From the NCBI GenBank assembly GCA_977862235.1, contig OZ374562.1, positions 2,232,001-2,296,000 of the forward strand: 64,000 bases of DNA, read 5' to 3'. Source of the DNA: Dudresnaya verticillata (taxonomy: Eukaryota). Under the pieces are notes generated by a model. That model was not told the origin of the DNA. It did no database searches and saw only the letters and a program-made list of their open reading frames with translations. This document shows positions 33,324 through 45,348 of the stretch, one piece after another. The translations under genes and the position numbers were made by a program. Positions within the stretch are counted from its first letter, which is position 1; the number at the start of each line of letters is the position of its first letter.

Positions 33324-33454
33324 CCGTTCTCAACGGCTAGGCACAGCGCATTCTTTGTGCCGTGCCGTGCGTGCGCGCGCTCCGGCGAAGGCGGGGGTGA
33401 AGGCGCGTGGTGGCGGCGGTCGCGCTCGGAAGCGCGTACTTGCTTGGCCGGCAT
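31844..33454 (-). CDS. PLP-dependent class V aminotransferase, molybdenum cofactor sulfurase-like NifS domain (no MOSC domain)
   Basis: VYLDYTG, GNPHS, FTANATAA, PAQSNFSG, LLDAAAY, SFYKMFGFPTGVG (PLP Lys), FEDGT, RTGCFCNPG (persulfide Cys), GAVRVSLG. TATA-like ATATAAG about 115 nt upstream. Confidence 0.9.
33267..33323. repeat. (GCGGAC)n hexamer microsatellite encoding (Ala-Ser)n
   Basis: About nine tandem units in the N-terminal extension of the PLP enzyme. Confidence 0.9.
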
Positions 33455-33992
33455 CGGGCGTTGGCGGGCTTCTTGGCTGTCACTTTGGCAGCGGCGGGTG
33501 AGCGCTCGGCACGGCCGAACATGGTGACGCTCGGGCAGAAGGGGCGGAACGGGTCGTGGGGCCTTCTCTTATATGGGGCGGGTGGGCGATGACGCGAAAG
33601 TTGCCGAGGTGCGCTGATGGGAGGGGGCAGTGTCCCTCGGCTGGCGCGGAGGTGGCGTGGGGGTGGAGGGCAAAGGCGCTGATTGTAATTTTGAGGGAAG
33701 CGGCGAAAAGAGCCGCGGAGCGAGCGCTGCCAGTGTACGCGGCTGTGGCGTGCACCCCGTCGACGCGTCACAGCGTTCCGCGCGGTGGACTCGGGCTGAC
33801 CGAGCGACCGGGCGACCGAGCGCGGAATCCGTTGGCGGTGGTTGCGCGCTTCTCCAATGCCGAAAGGGGAAGGGGGAACCGGCGCATCGCCTGCCATCGC
33901 TGCCTAACGTGCAGGTTGTGCTGTCTTTCTTCACGCTACCGTTTATCACGTTGTTGCTGCCGCCATCGCGTCCGCGCGCGCTACGGCTTCCC

Positions 33993-35219
33993 TCACGCAG
34001 CAGGGCGAAGCTGTCCTGGCGAAATCCAGAACGACGTATTCCACACGCCGCCGCGGGGAGCCTCTCCGCCGGCGCAGTAGATCTTGCCGCGGAACTGCCC
34101 GCACACAATGGTCTTCGCGCGCCGGGGGTACTGCCCGAGGTCGTGCCAAGTGTCGGTGCTGACGTCATAGAAGAACACCGTGCTCGTCACCTGCCCCCAC
34201 CGCGACGACCCGCCGAACACGAAGAACCCGCGCTTGTACGCCACACAGCTCGTCTGGATGTGGCTTAGCACCGACGGCGCGTTGCGGTGTTGCACCCACT
34301 TGTCCTTCCCCGGCTCATACTCGCTCAGCGTCTTCTGCACCGACTTGAACTCGTCGCGTCCATGCTGTCCGCCAAGGAAGAACGCCCGCTTGCGCACCGC
34401 CACTATCCCGATGTGATTCCGCGGGTTCAGGATTGGTGCCTTGGGCACCCATCCGGCCGTGAGGTTGTCCAGGCTCAGCAAGTACGTGTTGTTGAAGTCC
34501 GTCGCGGTCGGGTTCCCGGCGAGCCGTTTTGCCCCCGTTGAGAAAAGCAGTGAGTTCAGCCGTCGAATGTAAACAAGCCCGCCGCCGGAAGCCGGGATCG
34601 GCAGCGGCACGAAATCGTACCACTTGTCCTCGAGCGTGTTGAATCTGTAGCATCGGTTGATCGACGGCCCCGGATACCGCCCGAGGTATCCGCCACACAG
34701 GTACATGGTCTCATTCACAATTGCTGTCCCGGCGTGCGTGATGGGCTCCGGAATTGGCGCCATCTGGAACCAGGTGCTATTCTTCCGCACCGGCAGGTCC
34801 AGTCCGAATGTATCCTGGAATGCATTGTACCCCGTGTTCCGCCGCACGCCCCCCGTGACCACCAGCCGCCCGGTATGCTTGGTGTACCTTAGCACTCCAC
34901 CCTGAGCTTCTCCCACTTCCCTCGGGTACGTCGGCAATTGTCTCCACTTGCCGGTCATCACCTTTTTTTTGCGCACAAACACCGCCATGAAGTCAAGCGG
35001 CAAACACATTGTTTTCTGGTTAGAAGCTGCACGTGTAGCGGTTGCATCTGTCGTCTACTCGGCGCAGAAAAACAGCAATCTTACCGATGGAGCTTTCGGA
35101 ACCTCAGGTTCAAGTGACGTTTCTGCTTCTGCTGCTGCAGCTGCTGTTGGTCTTAGCAAAATAAGTAACCAGCAGACAGCAATGCTCAGTTGCAGAAGCC
35201 CAGCCCAGCTGCTCCTCAT
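33993..35219 (-). CDS. Secreted Kelch-repeat beta-propeller protein (exon 1 35219-35085; exon 2 from 34961 or 35015 to 33993)
   Basis: Signal-peptide-like MRSSWAGLLQLSIAVCWLLILL. GTAAGA donor, CTAAC branch point, two in-frame AG acceptors. Repeated GG..Y..W Kelch motifs (MYLCGG..YRFNTLEDKW; FFVFGG..FYDVSTDTW). Confidence 0.82.
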
Positions 35220-38200
35220 CTTGGATACGTATCTACACAGCACCTCCAAGCATCAACGTTCCCTTAGCAAGGGTCAAAATTGGGATGCCGGACACATCGC
35301 TCTCTTCACCACTTGCAGCATCTTCTCTTATATATGCCGGAGCAACACGACAGTTACAGAGAGAAAAAAACTATAATGGAAAGTGAGAGTGAGCATTATG
35401 TGGGTGAGAAAGCATCTTTGCAATGCTGGGATGCCACATCCAACATAATATGCGTACCGCTGACGTGTAGCTCGCCCAGCAATCGCTCTGCCATACCGCT
35501 TTCCGTTGTATGCGCTGGCTCAGCGTTCCTTACCTTTCGTCGCAAAAGGCAAACAGCTCCTGTGCTCGCCATGGTGAGCAATTGCTTTCTCGGCTGTTCG
35601 CTGTGATGTTAACTGCCTCTAAGAAGAAGGCCCGAAATAACAGTCTCTTCCTGCTCGCTGTTGCAAACAGTTGATGTAACACAAGAATACTCTGACACTT
35701 TGGGTTCTAACAGGAAGTTTTTAACCCAATAATTCACGGTCGTACTGCTTTTGAATTGCTGTTGTTAGAAGGGATCGGCAGTGTAGGACCGCCAACGCAC
35801 GGACCTTTCTAGAACGCTTCGTGTCAGAAAGAAAGTCCAGGTAGGTTGAGAATTTCGAGTTTCGTGTTCTAACGCAAGATTCTTCCCAGCAATGCGCAGC
35901 ATCGCCAGCACCAGCGCTACAGTTGCCCACACAAGAAAATATAAGGTCGAAACTGCGGTGCCAATTGCAGCCTTTCACTACTTATTCTTCTTCAGCCCCA
36001 AGCAATGCCTACACTGTCGAATTTTGCACGGCCACACAACTGTCAATAACAACGGAAAGCAAACATGAGCGACCTGGGGGTTGGGACCCTCATATTCGGA
36101 CATATATTGTTTTGACGTGGGATCACGCCATACTGTATCTGTCAACAGCTGGAACTCAAGGAATAGAGCATCAGGCAACGGCAGACGCTGTAGAATATCT
36201 ACAATACTACATAGTTCAATTGGCGGTATTGTTATGTCTGGTAAGTACATGTCATGCCGCAATAAACGAGCTCTCCGTTCTGCACTGCACGTACGATATA
36301 TTATACAACGGTGCACCATCATCTTCTTGCTTGCTACTGGTGAGTGTTACTCGTTTATCTTGAGTTTCGCAGCAGCATTTGCTTGGAATGAAACAAAGTA
36401 CGGAACTTGATGGAAGCTTATGTCGAACGCAACTTCAGTTCTGGAGCCCAGCACAGTATAATCCTCCCGCCCGCCATGCTTCCATGTTATTGCCCAGCTT
36501 GAGACTTCCGAGTACAGAGAAACATTTTCAGGGTAGTCGGGACCGCTGCTGATACGCTCGTGCTGAGTTGATAGCTTAATTGGATAATTTTGAGCCTTCA
36601 TGGGGCGGTCCTACACGAGCCAGGCATTTTAGCGGCTGAACCCGGTCAGTCTAGCGATACGATCCTTTGCGTATTCGGTGCATAACTTGTGCGAGAAGCG
36701 TACTCTGGCCGGCCGATGACCGTTTGGGACTGCAGAGTATCTCTTCCATACATACGAAAAGTTGGCCCTCCACCGCGATGATTCCACTGTTGGGCGAGAT
36801 GAGCGTTCCACTTGTTCCTTAATTCCTTGCAAGTCTGAGAGGGAAAGGGAAACAATAGACTTCACAGCTGCTTATTGATTATCTTGCATCATTATGCCGC
36901 GTACTGTCCTGTAACGCAGTCCAGTGGCAACAATGAAACATCTTCAATATAAGTGTACGAACTCCATATGTTATCTCGAGACGTACGCTTGGAGAGGGAT
37001 GCTGTAGTCAGAGAGTATGTAGGTAGTGCCTTACTTGGCTTCTTTGCAAAAAAAGAATTGCGTACTGAGAGGTCCGCATCATTCTGTCTAATGACTGAAG
37101 CCATTATGAATCAAGAGCCATTCAGATCTTATCTTGAGAACTTTCTTGAAAGGGAAATCTACCGCGACCAACGTCTATAGGCCGTGTATGCACAGCATGC
37201 TTAGTGAACCTTACGTAAGATATCTAAAGCCTCGGACGGAATTGAATGATTTCGGAAGAAGACTCAACCCAGCGAAGCATGACACTGTACTGAATTTTTC
37301 TCAGCGGACGCATGTACTACGCTGAATCTCAAGTAGAGAGGGCGACATTTGTAGGTGCTCAAAATGCATTACTGCGCACAAGTAGTCATTACATGCTGCA
37401 AACATCACTCTGACGCTTCCTTCAATTGGCAGCACGATGCAGGAGGCTATTTTGATAAAAGTGTGGAGCCAAACTGTAAGCGAATGCTTATCATTGCACC
37501 GAGAAGTGCACCCTCTGCAGTTCATATCGCATCTGCGACGGTCAATGCGGCTTTCAAGCATTGAATCGCAGATTGGTTCAATTCATTTGTTAAATACATG
37601 ATGTCGATGTACCAAAGACAACGTTCTTGAAAATCTCAGTCTCCTCAAGAGCTACCAGGCAAGAGTTGCACTACATTCGTGTAATCTTTGCTCACGTTCG
37701 CAATCTGAGGTGAGACGAACCTGTAAACATTATTTATTGTTCTAGTGCATGAGTTCGATTCCACTTCGTGGTTGGCGTCTATAAACAACAGAACCGCCTC
37801 CAGTGCATTGCGGGACAAGAGACTTTCAGGGTACGGTTCGCTCCTCGTATGTCCGTACAAAGCGCGGTTCTTTTCACCGATACTGCTGTGAGATAGCATT
37901 TCGACGGCTAGTCTTTCTAGTCGCCCAACACACATTGTTCTAGGTTTGGTGTTATCTGCACATCTTGCAATTTTCTCCGAAGACAAGCTCGCTGTATTGC
38001 TTTGTTTGGAAGGCGTTCGAACCAGTCCGTCTAGTAACCTGATTCTCGAAACGCCAGAGGGGCAACGAGTGGTGCCGCCCGTACCTATACGAGCGGTAGA
38101 TACTAAGAGGTAGAGAATCATACCGCGAGCCCAAGCTTTCTTAAAACCAGTATCCCTTCATGTAAGGTTACCGATATGCCTTCGTGTTCAGAAGCTGCCA

Positions 38201-39141
38201 AACAAGGTTTTGGAGGCTCTTTTTGTCCTGCTAGGCCAGTAGGTTTATGCTGATGAAACAGACACTCGTCTGACTTTGTAGTTGTGTTGTGGGCGACGTT
38301 TTCGGGTCGGCAGTTTGGAAAGTCACGGCGAACGTTTTTCGAAGTTCCGTTTTATCTTACCTACTCCTTTACCTTTTTGCAACTCCAGCTACACTAAGGT
38401 GTCTTACATAGACTGGCGTTCTACGTAAAACCCACCTACAACCGTAGAATAGTCAACACAGTGGCCACAATGGCAAGGACCACAACAGTAAACATAAGCT
38501 AAAACCAAATGACGCATTAAGAATAATCACAGCAGGGAGAGAGAGTAGAATTAGCAGAGAAACAACATTAACACGAGGTGCAAAACGATGGTCCCGAGGA
38601 CCAAATTCCCCACAGAACATATTGTTCGACACAATTGCAGGTGTGAGGACATTGTTATCAATTCCCCCTCTTGTTCTCATCACCTGAAGACCTATTCAGT
38701 ACTCCTAGATAGCCCAAGCTGGGCTCACGTTCGAACGCAACCCTCAGAAGCCGTTTTTCAGCATATCTGCTCATGTTCTGCTGTGATGGACAGTACAGTA
38801 TTTGTACGGAGCCTGTGTCGCCCATTTCCTTGACGACGTTGCGCCGAACGGAGATATAGTAGTACAGTAGTATTAGGACCACTACAGAATAATAGTATTA
38901 CCCAAAAGCGGTCAAGACCCGTGCCCGAGCCAATCATTTTCAACTGATTCGGTAGCGCTGCAAGGGTGCAATAGCTGTTTTTAATTACCGCAAAGAGATG
39001 CTATTTCTAATGCCCCCAAAACACGTCCATTTGTTATTTTTTGTTAGTAGGGAAATAGTCGAGATTCAGTACTGTACGAAGTAAACACGCCCGGCCCTGT
39101 GAGCTCCGCATTCCTGTCCACCGTGCTGGGGAGCATCAGTC

Positions 39142-40339
39142 ATGAGCGTTGACGACGAGGACGACATCCTAACAGCTCTGGCCATGTTCCAACAGTGCGA
39201 GGCCCAGCTGCAGCACACCAGTAACCTTCTCCTCCACTTTTCCTCCCTTTCAAACCGCCTACCAGCAGACGAGCCGTCGGACGAAGAAGAACAAGTCGGG
39301 CCTGGACGGGGCAACTGTGTGGATGGAAGAAAGGCAACATATGTCCGAAGAGCAGCTTCCGGAATTTATAACTTTGTGCGCGAGATAGATGCCGACATAC
39401 TCCTCTTTGAGAAGATCACACATCTTTCCCGCGAAACGTTTGACGCTCTTCATGGCGTCTGCCAACAAGAACTGGCGAAGGCATTTAATGTGCGCGCCGA
39501 GAATGACGCTGTCCTGCGGACGCCACGGAAGCGCAAACGTGGTACTGTAGAAATGTTATTCATGTTTTTCGACATTATAGGCGGTGCGAACGAGGGAAGC
39601 CAAGGGCTGGAACACGTCGCTCTGAAGTATGGGCTTTCTGTCGGCTCCATATCGAACTATTTCCGACATGTGCTCGTTGGACTGCACAAAGCTTTGGACG
39701 ACCTGTCCCCGGCGCTGATTAGATGGCCGGGACACGAAGAGAGAAAGGATATGGAAGAGCTTGTGATAGGTTTTCCGTCCTGTGTGTTCTTCGTGGACGG
39801 AAACAAAAACAAGAGGTGGAGACCGAAGGACGCAGCGGCACAGGAACGAGCGTACGATGGATATAAGAAGGCACACTGTTTCTCTATTCTCGTCTTTTGC
39901 GATCGCTTTGGTCATATGCGTTGAGGTCACCGACGAGGGTGCGGAGTCTGACCGCACACTCTACACGGAGTCGGATGTGTACCAGAACCGAGAGAGCTAC
40001 TTGACTGGTGCACAGCACGGCATGGCAGACATGGGGTTTTCAGGCGACGGGGATATCGTTGTGCCGTATAAGCGCAACGAAAGCACATCCTGGATGTACC
40101 GAGTGGCACATAATCGCGATATAAGGAAGCAACGCATGGTGAACGAATGGGGGATTGGCTTTATAAACAACAGACATAGATTGTTCCTGGGGCGCTGGGC
40201 ATTTGAGGACGGGCTATTCCCTCTAGCGTAACAGACCGCCTGCATGGTAGCCAGCTGGGTATTTGACGCTCGCGGGTATGCACTGCAGCCTCTATCGCGC
40301 TACGAAGAGAAACTAGAAAGGACTGCGGTGTCGAATTAA
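39142..40339 (+). pseudogene. Harbinger/IS5-type DDE transposase (frameshift near 39920, stop at 40229)
   Basis: HTH-like VALKYGLSVGSISNYFRHV, then IRWP, FVDG, YDGYKKAH, GAESD, ADMGF, VPYK, HN..RMVNEWGIG. Confidence 0.88.
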
Positions 40340-40988
40340 AGTAAATGCCTCGTTTCTTGTTCGCCCGAGCGGCGCGCGGAGCGGCGAGCGCAAATTCCGC
40401 AGCGTAGGGAGCCGTCGGCGACCGAAGCTGAGGACTTTCCTTACCACCAGGCCTAACCGCCGAAAATTCTATCTCGTCGTCCTTACCAGCACTTCCATCC
40501 TCGTCCACCTTCTCTGCAACGATGACCTGTCTAGCTTGCTTCAAGGCTATAGAAGCGATGTAGAGGATGTTGTTTGGTTTGGTCGCAGCCATGTAGTCCC
40601 GCCTCCATGACATACCACAGGATTGCTGCTCTTGAACAATTAATGCATCGTTGACGTGACGCGAGCGAGCCATTGTTGCAACCTATGCGCACGTGGCCTC
40701 AAGCGTTCTCCCTTTTTGTACAGGAGCGCCTAAGACGGCCAGCTGCGTGAGAAGCCAAGCGCGCTCGACTTTGTTGGGAACGAAGCGAGACTCGCGCGAT
40801 GAAGAGGGTATCGCCGACGGAGTGGTGACGCTTGATTGCGCTGCTGACGGAGCTGCAGACGAAGGGCGAGAAGAGGGCGATTCAAGGGAGTTAGGGGTGG
40901 GCGGAGGGGCTGCCTGTGCAGGAGGGGAAGTAGGGGGAGGTGATGCGGATGTAGACTTGATGCCCGAGGAAGGCAACTCGGAAGTCAT
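40161..40988 (-). pseudogene. Second (accessory) ORF of the Harbinger-type element, with one in-frame TAG
   Basis: Two ORF-track entries share one frame, lie inside the TIRs and converge on the transposase. Ser/Pro-rich N-terminus. A Myb/SANT identity could not be verified by eye. Confidence 0.5.
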
Positions 40989-41743
40989 GATGGCGGGAGA
41001 TACCGGAGGAGGCAGAAGGGAGGGAAGCCTCTCGGCGGATCTGAACAGTCGAGAAAGATAGTGTGCTCCGGCTGGGTCGCACCGACTAAAACAGTCGTTT
41101 TCGAGACAAACGAAAAATAGCATACATTTTAACTGATGTGAGCGTTCCTAATTAATACGATGTCTGGTGCAATGGACTAAATATGCCTGCGTTTAGTGTC
41201 ATTTTCTGTTAATTAAAAACGGCTAATAGTATCGGCACTGCTACACTCTGCTGTACACCTCACTCATTCCAGCTTGTGCTCAGATCGGAACCATGCTATA
41301 CACTAGCAACTGGTGTACCGCTCCTAGCCTGCAGTCGCCACGCCATGTAGCCATCCTCGTGCACCTCGCGATTAACGCCTGGTCGCCCCACGGCAAGAGC
41401 CCACGTGTGTTTGGTTTTACATTGCCATAGACCTCAATCGTCAAGTTAGATTTAAGGAGTTCGGCATCGTCGACTTCTATCGACAACATCTCCAAATGAC
41501 CGAATCATTTCCATCATCTTTGCAGATTACCATTTCCTGGGTGTATCTGACTGCACCATTCAGTGCCTTAAGCTCCTGCTGCATTCATTTTTATGCAATA
41601 AAATGCAGCTTGTCAAAAGTTTAAGGAATTATCGACGCCACTGTAACCGTTGTTTTCCAAAAATCTAATAACACTATCTAACATAGCACTGGCTGCTCTA
41701 ATAGCTCTATACAGTCAACTCGCGATAATTGAGTGACCGATAA

Positions 41744-44251
41744 ATGCATAATCCCGATATTCGAATACAGTCTACGTTTCCCGACATGGGAAGCACAAGA
41801 GCAGCGGACAATCGGGTCAAGACCTTAAGTGGTCGAAAAGCGGACAAGGAAGGGCACGTTGCAGATGCAATTGCTGACGCCTTCTTTAGAATCTTGCTAG
41901 CCGTCAGGTTCCGTAGAAGAGGCATTTCGCAAGCCGAAAATGTTGAGCAACTACTAGGAGGATTACTTTGTGGACGAGGAGAGCAGTCATTGCTAGGATT
42001 TATTGTCACCGCTGATCGTGGCTATGGAAACATGTCGCTGCTAAAAATGCTCCTTAAACATGGAGTAGGAGCTGTGATGGTAATGCCTGGGCATGTATTG
42101 AGGTGTCATCCATTCGTTGCTAAGTCGTTTTTCGATGTCAGCCGGAATGAGGGTGACGATGACAGCAGCAGTGGTAGTGAATCGGCTGACAGCGAAGATG
42201 GCGAGGCCCGACTTTTGAGCAGCACGATGTCTAATTCAGACTTCAACAGTGAAGAGGTTGTGCCCTCTGCACCCATTGAATACAATCCGCTGCTCTATTT
42301 GATCGCGAAAAGAAGTTTGTCATTGAAGACATTCCCGATTGTGGACTCTTGGCCAAGTCTGCAACCAAGAAAATTGGAGCCATGCGGGATGCTCCTAAAC
42401 TACCTGTAACTGCTGTTGTTGTTTGGGAGCGCGGAACGGAGAAGCACAGCAAGGTTTTGCGGTTTTTGTTTTCTATCCCACCACTATTGCAGAACAAACT
42501 TAACGCTTGGGTCGATGTTCCAAATCCCATCACAAGTGGACACCTATTTGCAACACGCACTTTATCCGGTCAGCTTACAATACCAGTAGCCAACTCAGAG
42601 AATCTCAAGGAACATATTGAGTATACTATTTGGAACAATTGCTCTGTTCTAAGCACAGGGCAGCGCTGTGCGGACTGGTTTATACTGCGACAGTTTCGAA
42701 TAACGGGGACCAATGCGTCCAAATTGCTATTAAAAAATGAGGGTGCTCGACAAAATGTTGGCCTTGCAACTGCACCTTTCACGGAACTGCCTGCTCCTAA
42801 GCAATTGCTTGCTACATTATCATCTGGATGGTTTAGTGCAAGCCGGTCTACAGAGCAGATGAAAAGAGGAACGGCTAATGAGCAGGCAGTTATGAACTCT
42901 TTACAGAACAGAGATTTTGTACTTGGACTTTAAGTTGGAATGCTGTCGAAAAAGCAATGCAGTTGGATTGCTTGTTCACCGGACGGCATTGCTGTCCTAG
43001 ATTTGACAAAAGCACGGTTTGGTGACGACGGAAGCGGGGATGAAATTGAGGGTATGACAGCTCTGGCTCCTGTAGAAATTAAGACCAGAGTTGCCGACTC
43101 CAGCCTACAAAGGTCACTACTATTGTCAACGGCTGATACAATTTTTTGCTCAGTAGGAGACACGATGTTCAAGACGTTTGTCCCGGAGGAACACATTTTT
43201 CAAGTTTTACTGCAGTTTTGTGTTGTCAACACTCCGTACGTCATTTATGTTGCACAGCCTCTGAAACTGGAATCCTTCACATTGTGGTCATCAAGTGCCA
43301 GAGAGCCAAACTAGATACCTGCTTTGCTCAACTTCAAACCGTTGCAAACCCCGTCGTCGGCTGGGTACACAGCGATGAACCGGAGATACCTAGGTTTGCT
43401 GATCCCTCAACGAAGAGGAAGCTCAAAGCACATCTAGATTTTTGGAAAGCTGTGAACTTTTACGTGAAAACCAAAAATGCGTTTCCGGCTTTGAAACTGT
43501 TTAAGCACGGCACTCAGAGCTTCGATTCTAAGACAAAAGGTGGTGTGGATGGTAGTGCTCAAGCCAGAGCGATTCTCCGCTCACCAACATCCTCCCTGTA
43601 GTGGGAGCAGAAGCTTGTGACTCAAACGTTTAAAACACTTTTCATTAATTCTTTCATTGCCTGGAGAATGTGTGAGAAACGATCGCGTCTGGAAGCTAAG
43701 GAAACCTTTGGAAATCTTGACAAGTTTAGGCACGCACTTGGCAGATTTCTCTATTGATTGCGCTCAGGGTCTAATGATTTATGCCGACCAAGTTGAACTT
43801 GAAAGAGAGAGGAAAATGGCACAAGAGGACAACGAGATCCTAAATAACGAAGAATTGCACAAGCTCCGGTCTCTCGCTCACGCACGAAACCGGAACAGAA
43901 TGAAGTTTTTTAATGGCCCGGATGGAAGAAAGCTAAGACTCTCAAACAGGACGCATGAACAAATGCAGTCAAGGCCGGCTCGTTTTTGTGCCCTTTTGCG
44001 GAACACAAAGGGAATGTAGGACACACACACCGCATCGCTCGACATTCAAATGCAAATTATATGACGTGCAACTATGTGTCAGACGGCACGCGGGCCTTCG
44101 AAAAAACTGCTGGGACCTGTGGCATTCGAGTCGCGAATTGGAGCCAAGGATGTTGTCCGCCGCTCGTGTTTCTCCAGCAGCACGCCGCAGAGACTCAGAT
44201 GGGCTGGACGAAGAGCGCCCAAGGAGAAGAAGGCGCACAGCTTCGCCTTAG
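41744..44251 (+). pseudogene. Decayed piggyBac-like DDD transposase with an internal YqaJ/lambda-exonuclease-like domain and a C-terminal Cys-rich domain
   Basis: In order: IVTADRGY (42014), QRCADWFILRQFRITGT, MKRGTANE, CSPDG, VEIKT, QVLLQ (42660-43215), KTKGGVD (43530-43550), W..K....KTLFINSFIAW, then C..(C)..STFKC..VQLC..NCWDLWH. Several frameshifts and stops; N-terminus not recognisable. Confidence 0.75.
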
Positions 44252-44687
44252 TGTAGCCACTACATAATAAAAGTGGATTTTCTGTCATTTTTGCAATTTT
44301 AATGATCACTTTAGTGACCACAAGAGGGTTTGGCCGACTTTCAGGAGGTCAATAAGTCCATTTTCGAACCCCCGTTGCAACAGCTTGTCTGCCCTTCCAA
44401 CATGTGAACTTCGGCGGACTCGTAGAATAATACTGGAGCTACCATGAGAAAACGTTTCAGAGCCTCAACACAAAGTTTAAGGGTACTGCAGAACCAGAAA
44501 GCCTTATGGTCACAAAATTGACCATTAAAATCAAATACTAGGGATATCAACCACGACGAGACCGGATTACCGACCACAGACCATCTTAGAAGCTCGTTGC
44601 CGCGTACCAGTCAGAATAAAACTACTCTACAGAGTTAGGGAACGTTTTGCTATACAAACCTTCCTTTAATCCAATGATTTGGATAAC

Positions 44688-45336
44688 TGTGGAATAATGA
44701 GCGCCCGAGCGCTGTAAGCACACACACGTGTACAGACGGTAAGGCGTGAGGCGCCCGAGGGTGCGACCGTTGAGATGGCCGAGTCCCGTTGGTCGAGTAA
44801 TCATGGTCACCCATATTTTTGGCATTGCGCGCCAGACAGCAGCGCGCCTGTATCTCTTAGTGGTACTACCACTCATTCCTATCATTGGATTGTAATCCAC
44901 CTTTAGTGTACAGTATTAGGTAAGTGTCAGTACTATAACTCTAACTTAGAGTGGGTAGCATTTCCGGCTTCCCGCCGTATTTATTGGGCCCCTGAGTAGC
45001 AGGGGCCCCGCACTAAACTAAGCGGTGTGTGCTTTGGGCTGTACCCATTTTCTGGTCTTCCTACGATGCCCCCGTTGCTCCCTTGCCTTGGGCGTCTACA
45101 AGCCCTATCGTGTACGAAGATTGCTCTACGCTGTAGGGTTCGCCTTCCCTTTTCTTTGTTCCTGGGTATTACACCCACTACAAGTCTCTACCACGCCCCT
45201 TTTTCCCTTTTCCTTGGAGCTACCTCCCACCGTGAGTGTTTGTCCCCAGGACAGCTGCCGCGCCGTTTTATCGCCGACTACCTGGCCGAGGGCCATTTTT
45301 AGTAGAATTGCGTCTAAGTCAACGAGGACAACAACA
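44688..45336 (+). mobile_element. Probable solo LTR (Gypsy-type)
   Basis: TGTGG..AACA with TAAC on both flanks. Similar to inverted copies at 45349-45908 and 46609-47243. Confidence 0.55.
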
Positions 45337-45348
45337 TAACAAGACAGC

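Larger units (their letters stand above)
38973..41224 (+). mobile_element. PIF/Harbinger-superfamily DNA transposon (2252 bp) with two convergent ORFs
   Basis: 15-bp TIRs AGCTGTTTTTAATTA (38973-38987) and TAATTAAAAACGGCT (41210-41224) with one mismatch. AAT directly repeated on both flanks. Confidence 0.85.

Noticed and set aside
33337..34268. Multiple 170-210 aa Arg/Ala/Gly-rich ORFs
   Set aside because: GC-rich intergenic or antisense shadow ORFs between the PLP enzyme and Kelch genes.
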